From contig CAZFNX010000001.1 of assembly GCA_964520195.1 (NCBI GenBank), positions 34,421-98,420 of the forward strand: a stretch of DNA of 64,000 nt, given 5' to 3'. This document shows, in pieces, positions 59,197 to 64,000 of this stretch. The translations under genes and the position numbers were made by a program. Every line of letters begins with the position of its first letter. The stretch's first letter is position 1. This stretch comes from an uncultured Candidatus Saccharibacteria bacterium (GTDB lineage Bacteria > Patescibacteriota > Minisyncoccia > Phycocordibacterales > CAIZLB01). A model generated the notes under the pieces. The model was given only the letters and a program-made list of their open reading frames with translations, was not told the origin of the DNA and did not search any database.

Positions 59197-60108
59197 ATGA
59201 TTAATCCTTCAGATAAAAAGAAATATGTATTATTTATTGACGAATCAGGTAAATCAAAACTTGGTGATGTTGGGGATAAATTTTTACTCTCATCTGTAAT
59301 TATAGAAAAGAATTTACACGAAGCCTTATCGGGTTTTATGATCTCTCTTAAGAGAAAAAATAATATTCCAACAGATGTAAATATTCATGCATATGATTTG
59401 TTTGAAAAAGAAGATGTATCTGATGTTAATCTGAAAAATAGTGAAATTAATTACTTTTTTGAACATTTTATTCATTTAGTTCGGGGTACAGAAATGAGAT
59501 GTATATTATATGAGACAGATAAAAGGCCTTTTGTAGAAAGAATTAATAAAAGAGCAAAGAAAACAAATAGTACAGAAAAAGCAATTTTTCGATATCTTAA
59601 ATCAAAAGGAAATCATGACATCCTGTATGAAATTTTAACAGCAAAAATTATTTTAGATTTTGGAAAGTTTCTACATAAAGAAGATGCTATAGGTGAGGTT
59701 GTTGTTGAATCCAGAAGACAGGATGATGGAGCGGTTTTAGGTGGCTTTATGTTGGCAACAGAAAGGACAAAATATATTAAAAACAAGAATTATAAATATT
59801 ATTCAGAGAGTGCTTTTAATCGTATTACTACATTATCTTTTCAAAATAAAAAGGGTTTGAGTTTTGGATTAGAGCTCTCAGATCTGTTTGCTTGGGCAAA
59901 GTGGAATGCTGGAGGTTTACAGAAAAAACCAGAATCAAAGGCTAAAGAAAAAAGAATTACAGATAAAATAAAAGAAGTAATTAAAGTCTTAATTGATCAT
60001 AAAGTTAAAGCACTCGAAGATGTAACAATAACATCTTCGAGTGCTGTGGGTGGTTATAGGGTTTCCGAATTTATTAATTATCTTAATGAATATAAAAAGA
60101 TTAATTAA
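59197..60108 (+). CDS. DUF3800-family protein, orphan
   Basis: LFIDESG at the N-terminus; GLELSDLFAW corresponds to the Q-x-x-D motif region; AT-rich. Confidence 0.8.
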   Translation: MINPSDKKKYVLFIDESGKSKLGDVGDKFLLSSVIIEKNLHEALSGFMISLKRKNNIPTDVNIHAYDLFEKEDVSDVNLKNSEINYFFEHFIHLVRGTEMRCILYETDKRPFVERINKRAKKTNSTEKAIFRYLKSKGNHDILYEILTAKIILDFGKFLHKEDAIGEVVVESRRQDDGAVLGGFMLATERTKYIKNKNYKYYSESAFNRITTLSFQNKKGLSFGLELSDLFAWAKWNAGGLQKKPESKAKEKRITDKIKEVIKVLIDHKVKALEDVTITSSSAVGGYRVSEFINYLNEYKKIN

Positions 60109-60144
60109 TTCGGGGACCCCACAAAGTAACCTTTGTGAGCCTTG
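60105..60144 (-). ncRNA. Candidate small RNA convergent with the DUF3800 gene
   Basis: Minus-strand TTGCAT-17-TACAAT at 60179-60151; hairpin CACAAAG-GTTA-CTTTGTG and GGGGTCCCC. Confidence 0.5.
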
Positions 60145-60229
60145 TATATCATTGTACTATTTTGTAGTTAGTTATGCAAGTTTTATGAATCCATACAAAT
60201 TCCCTTAATCCTGTGCTATATTTACCAAC

Positions 60230-62626
60230 ATGACTCCAGCAGATAATCATTTCTATAATCATAAAAAACAAGACGCCCTATGGCTTAAACAGTGGGCCAA
60301 AGACGATATTTACAAAGCCGCACAGTCTTCTACAAAGAAGAAAATGTATGTGCTTGATATGTTTCCATATCCATCTGGTGCAGGGCTCCATGTGGGGCAT
60401 CCGAGAGGATATATAGCTAGTGATGTGTATGCTCGTATGAAGCGTATGCAAGGGTACAATGTACTTCATCCTATGGGATATGATGCTTTTGGGTTACCTG
60501 CAGAACAGTATGCTATTAAAAACAAGGTACACCCTCGAAAGGCAGTTGAAATCAATGTGAAGACTTTTGAAAAACAACTCGAAAGTATTGGTCTTTCATT
60601 TGATTGGTCACGACGTATCAATACAACTGATCCTGAGTATTACAAATGGACACAGTGGATCTTTTTAAAGCTGTATGATTCTTGGTATGATGAGAAAAAA
60701 CAAAAAGCTCGACCCATCAAAGAGCTTGTAGAGATTCTTGCAAAAAAAGACAAGGCCTGGAAAACGTACAATAAAAAAACAAAGCAAGATATTCTTATGA
60801 ATCATCGTCTTGCCTATGAAGGGTATAGTGAAGTGAACTGGTGTCCTGAACTTGGTACTGTGCTTGCAAATGATGAAGTTATTGATGGAAAAAGTGAACG
60901 AGGTGGTTTCCCTGTGGAAAAGAAAATCATGCGTCAATGGTTTATGCGTATTAGTGCATATGCTGACAGACTTTTAAGTGGACTTGATGGATTAGACTGG
61001 TCAGATCATATAAAAACTATTCAGAGAAATTGGATCGGGAAAAGTGAGGGATATGAAGTAACGTTTCAAGTTGTTGGTGCTCACGCAAAGTCAGTAGAGC
61101 CTATTACCGTATACACAACAAGACTAGATACACTTTCAGGTATGACATTTGCTGTTGTTTCAAAAGATCATCCATTTGCAAAAAATTATATAGAACAAAC
61201 TAAGCATTGGATTGTTGATCCTGAAAATCAACATACAACAGAGAAAAAAGGTATTCTTATTGATGGTATTCAAGTGTTGCATCCTGATACAAAAAAACAA
61301 CTTCCTATATACGTGACTAACTATGTTATATCAACATATGGAACTGGTGCTGTTATGGGTGTGCCTGATATGGATGAACGAGATTATGCATTTGCAGAAA
61401 AATATAATATATCTGTGACAAAAGTTGTCTTCGAAGACGCGGCAAAGATTGCAAAAAGAATCGGCGCAAAAAAAGTTTCAAAATATAAAATGCGAGATGC
61501 TGTCTTTGCGCGTCAGAGATATTGGGGAGAGCCAATACCACTTCGTCACGACAAAGATGGTGTGATTACACCTCTTAAAAATACAGAATTACCACTCACA
61601 CTTCCTAATGTTTCTTCATATGCTCCAACAGGAACAGGTGAATCACCACTTGCTGGAATCAAGTCATGGGTCAAAGAAGGATTAGAGACAAACACTATGC
61701 CAGGATGGGCGGGATCAAGTTGGTACTTTTTACGATACATGGATCCTACTAACAAGTCGGCGCTTGCAAGTAAAAAAGCTATTGATACTTGGAAACAAGT
61801 TGATATGTATGTTGGTGGGGCAGAGCATGCGACAGGTCACCTACTATACTCACGATTTTGGAATAAGTTTTTGTATGATATAGGTATTGCAAAAACAGAT
61901 GAACCGTTTAAGGCTCTTCGAAATCAAGGTATGATCCTTGGTCCAGATAATAGAAAAATGAGTAAGAGTTGGGGTAATGTTATCAATCCAGATGAATGTA
62001 TTGCTACATATGGTGTAGATGCCTTTCGAATGTATGAGATGTTTATTGGTCCATTTGATGCAAGTATGCCTTGGTCAACTGAAAGTATTATCGGTACACG
62101 TAGATTTGTTGATAGAGTGTATAGACTTCATGAAAAAGTTCTTGCTCAGGATATCAGTGTCAAGAGTGATGTCAAGGTTGTCTCACAGTTACATAAAACT
62201 ATTCAAAAAGTTACTTCTGATATAGAAAGCTTTAACTTTAACACTGCTGTTTCTGCGTATATGATTTTGTTAAATACAATAGAGGAGGGGACTATATCGA
62301 GAAGTGATTTTGAAATATGTATTACCCTACTTGCTCCATTTGCAATATCTATATCTGAAACTATATGGAAAAAACTAGGACACACAGACTCTGTGCATCT
62401 TGCTCCATGGCCAAAGTACAATGCTAAAAAAGTTGTTGAAGAATCTGTAACTGTTGGTATTCAGGTTAATGGAAAACTACGAGGAGAGATAGAAGTGACT
62501 GCGTCTGATGAAGAGAAAGATGTTATTGCAAAAGCATTGACCATTGTAGCTACACATGTACAAGGTAAAGAGATTAAAAAAACTATTTACGTGAAAAATA
62601 AAATAGTAAGTATTGTGGTGGGGTAG
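60230..62626 (+). CDS. leuS: Leucyl-tRNA synthetase
   Basis: MFPYPSGAGLHVGH, QRNWIG, RQRYWGEPIP, KMSKS, QVNGKLR. Confidence 0.98.
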   Translation: MTPADNHFYNHKKQDALWLKQWAKDDIYKAAQSSTKKKMYVLDMFPYPSGAGLHVGHPRGYIASDVYARMKRMQGYNVLHPMGYDAFGLPAEQYAIKNKVHPRKAVEINVKTFEKQLESIGLSFDWSRRINTTDPEYYKWTQWIFLKLYDSWYDEKKQKARPIKELVEILAKKDKAWKTYNKKTKQDILMNHRLAYEGYSEVNWCPELGTVLANDEVIDGKSERGGFPVEKKIMRQWFMRISAYADRLLSGLDGLDWSDHIKTIQRNWIGKSEGYEVTFQVVGAHAKSVEPITVYTTRLDTLSGMTFAVVSKDHPFAKNYIEQTKHWIVDPENQHTTEKKGILIDGIQVLHPDTKKQLPIYVTNYVISTYGTGAVMGVPDMDERDYAFAEKYNISVTKVVFEDAAKIAKRIGAKKVSKYKMRDAVFARQRYWGEPIPLRHDKDGVITPLKNTELPLTLPNVSSYAPTGTGESPLAGIKSWVKEGLETNTMPGWAGSSWYFLRYMDPTNKSALASKKAIDTWKQVDMYVGGAEHATGHLLYSRFWNKFLYDIGIAKTDEPFKALRNQGMILGPDNRKMSKSWGNVINPDECIATYGVDAFRMYEMFIGPFDASMPWSTESIIGTRRFVDRVYRLHEKVLAQDISVKSDVKVVSQLHKTIQKVTSDIESFNFNTAVSAYMILLNTIEEGTISRSDFEICITLLAPFAISISETIWKKLGHTDSVHLAPWPKYNAKKVVEESVTVGIQVNGKLRGEIEVTASDEEKDVIAKALTIVATHVQGKEIKKTIYVKNKIVSIVVG

Positions 62627-62648
62627 GGTTATATGAGATACTTATGTC

Positions 62649-63119
62649 ATGCACAACACTGTTGATATACATATTGAGGAAATAGACCTGAAAGAACATC
62701 CACATAAGTTAGAAGAATTTCAAACCACTGAATGGGCATTGTCTGATACTGAACATTTTGGAGAAGTGTTGAGTGACTATAGTAAAAAAAAGTTTCTCTA
62801 TGTTGCGCGACAAGATGATAAGATAGTTGCATATATTGCTCTTGAGACAAATCTAGGTGTTGCTACTATCGATGTTGTGATTGTAAAACTTTCAGAAAGA
62901 GGACAGGGAATAGGTAAGGAGTTGATTAAGTTTGTGATTGAAAAGGCGCGCAAGAAAGAATGTCACGTGATCAAGCTTGAGACAGGGGTGAGTTGGAAAG
63001 CTCGACTTGTATATGAAAAACTAGGATTTAAGATTCGAGCCGTGCTTCCAAACTACTATGGAAATCAAGAATACGTTCTTATGGATATGAAGTTACAGGA
63101 GAATCCGTATGATAACTAA
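62649..63119 (+). CDS. GNAT N-acetyltransferase
   Basis: V...RGQGIGKEL, A..VYEKLGF, NYY. Confidence 0.9.
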   Translation: MHNTVDIHIEEIDLKEHPHKLEEFQTTEWALSDTEHFGEVLSDYSKKKFLYVARQDDKIVAYIALETNLGVATIDVVIVKLSERGQGIGKELIKFVIEKARKKECHVIKLETGVSWKARLVYEKLGFKIRAVLPNYYGNQEYVLMDMKLQENPYDN

Positions 63120-63126
63120 AAAAGTC

Positions 63127-63276
63127 AAAAGAAAAAAACTAGCAGTCCATCACTAATGCTAGTTTTTTTCTTTTTCCTTTTTCAAAATTCGATTTAAAGC
63201 AGTCCATCACTAAATCTAAAACACGAAAAATCACAACCGTCCATCATGAATGTTGTGATGTTTTGTTTTTAGATTT
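63127..63276 (+). repeat. Three clustered capped-hairpin copies (cores 63144-63157, 63201-63213, 63238-63251)
   Basis: AGTCCATCACTAAT, AGTCCATCACTAA and CGTCCATCATGAAT, each in a different stem. Confidence 0.9.
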
Positions 63277-63305
63277 CAAAGAAACGTGATATATTGAGTT
63301 GTATT

Positions 63306-63764
63306 ATGGAAACATTACAACAAACAATAAAATCACAAATTAAAGAAGCCATGATGGCTAAAGATGCTGTACGACTGACAGTTGTACGAGGGTTATCTTC
63401 TGCTATGACAAATGAACTCGTTACAAAAGGACGTATGCCTACAGACGCTCTCTCTGATGAGGAAGTGCTTGCGGTTATTCGACGACAAGTTAAACAACGA
63501 AAAGATGCTATTGATCAGTTTATAACAGGAGGACGACCTGAGCTTGCAGAGAGTGAACAAGCTGAGCTTGCTATTCTTGAGGCCTATCTTCCAGCGATGA
63601 TGTCTGAGGCAGATGTTCGCACAGCTGTTCTTGCAAAACAAACAGCCATGGGTATTACTGACAAAAAAGATGCAAATAAACTTATGGCAGAAGTCATGAA
63701 AGATCTTAAAGGGAAGGCAGATGGTACAGTTGTAAAAGCTGTAGTTGACGGATTGTTTGCATAA
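63306..63764 (+). CDS. GatB/YqeY domain protein
   Basis: KEAMMAKD..RL, KQRKDAI..F..GGR.EL, YLP..MSE, KGKADG. Confidence 0.93.
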   Translation: METLQQTIKSQIKEAMMAKDAVRLTVVRGLSSAMTNELVTKGRMPTDALSDEEVLAVIRRQVKQRKDAIDQFITGGRPELAESEQAELAILEAYLPAMMSEADVRTAVLAKQTAMGITDKKDANKLMAEVMKDLKGKADGTVVKAVVDGLFA

Positions 63765-63785
63765 CGTATTGTTTGGTTCAGTAGG

Positions 63786-63837
63786 AAAAAATAAAAAACT
63801 CAACATTCGTGATGGACGGTTGAGTTTTTTTATTTTT
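63786..63837 (-). repeat. Capped hairpin/terminator, core on the minus strand (63805-63818)
   Basis: aaaaaactcaac-attcgtgatggacg-gttgagtttttt. Confidence 0.9.
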
Positions 63838-63843
63838 GATTTA

Positions 63844-63999
63844 TTAATATCTCACTTCAAACTTGCCACTTGCTCCGTCTAAACTTTTAACTGTTCTATA
63901 GGGTATGTAGGTGACAGGGTCTGTTGAATCTGTTGGATACTCGGCTTTATATATATGGTAGGCAAGATCGAGTTCTGAGCCGTTAATATGTTCCTCTGT
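63844..63999 (-). CDS. 3' end of a CDS entering from beyond the window
   Basis: Open frame TEEHINGSELDLAYH..GKFEVRY followed by TAA TAA just before the hairpin. Confidence 0.55.
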   Translation of the reverse strand, partial: TEEHINGSELDLAYHIYKAEYPTDSTDPVTYIPYRTVKSLDGASGKFEVRY

Positions 64000-64000
64000 G

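Noticed and set aside
1020-63806. Numerous 60-150-aa ORFs antisense or out-of-frame to housekeeping genes
   Set aside because: Shadow ORFs fully overlapping well-supported CDSs, with no motifs
1-64000. Alternative genetic code (TGA=Gly, code 25)
   Set aside because: Conserved genes are uninterrupted under code 11 and TGA serves as a stop, e.g. at 18619 and 31123

Overview
AT-rich chromosomal segment of a Patescibacteria/CPR bacterium, most likely Parcubacteria (Paceibacteria). This is inferred from the short SMC, short ProRS, 3-domain S1, atypical EF-P loop, minimal mraZ-rsmH-ftsL-ftsI cluster and scarcity of Shine-Dalgarno sites; genetic code 11. Most of the window is housekeeping: obgE, gatB, lysS, trpS, dcw genes, pyk, uvrA, efp, proS, smc, rnr, lepB, pth, rpsA, rpmA, rplU, recR, dnaB, trxB, ftsZ/ftsA, ybeY, rpsU, leuS, plus tRNA-Val(GAC). 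Five signals stand out. (1) Four unrelated orphan nuclease-fold genes (PemK/MazF, BECR-like, NYN, DUF3800), none with an adjacent protein antitoxin, are each followed by a near-consensus sigma70 promoter on the opposite strand that would make a short structured RNA reaching the gene 3' end. This is a candidate RNA-antitoxin/RNP system. (2) A family of terminator-like hairpins has unrelated stems but a conserved, covarying 14-nt cap ((C/A)GT-CCATC-A(C/T)(G/T)-AAT), 9 copies. (3) Two tandem promoter- and terminator-bounded structured ncRNA candidates lie between the divergent rpmA and rplU genes. (4) A kinase/PLP enzyme/two ATP-grasp/NUDIX/NDK-like cluster looks biosynthetic. (5) Near-leaderless promoters are pervasive. 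All structure and family calls were made by eye; no searches or folding programs were run.
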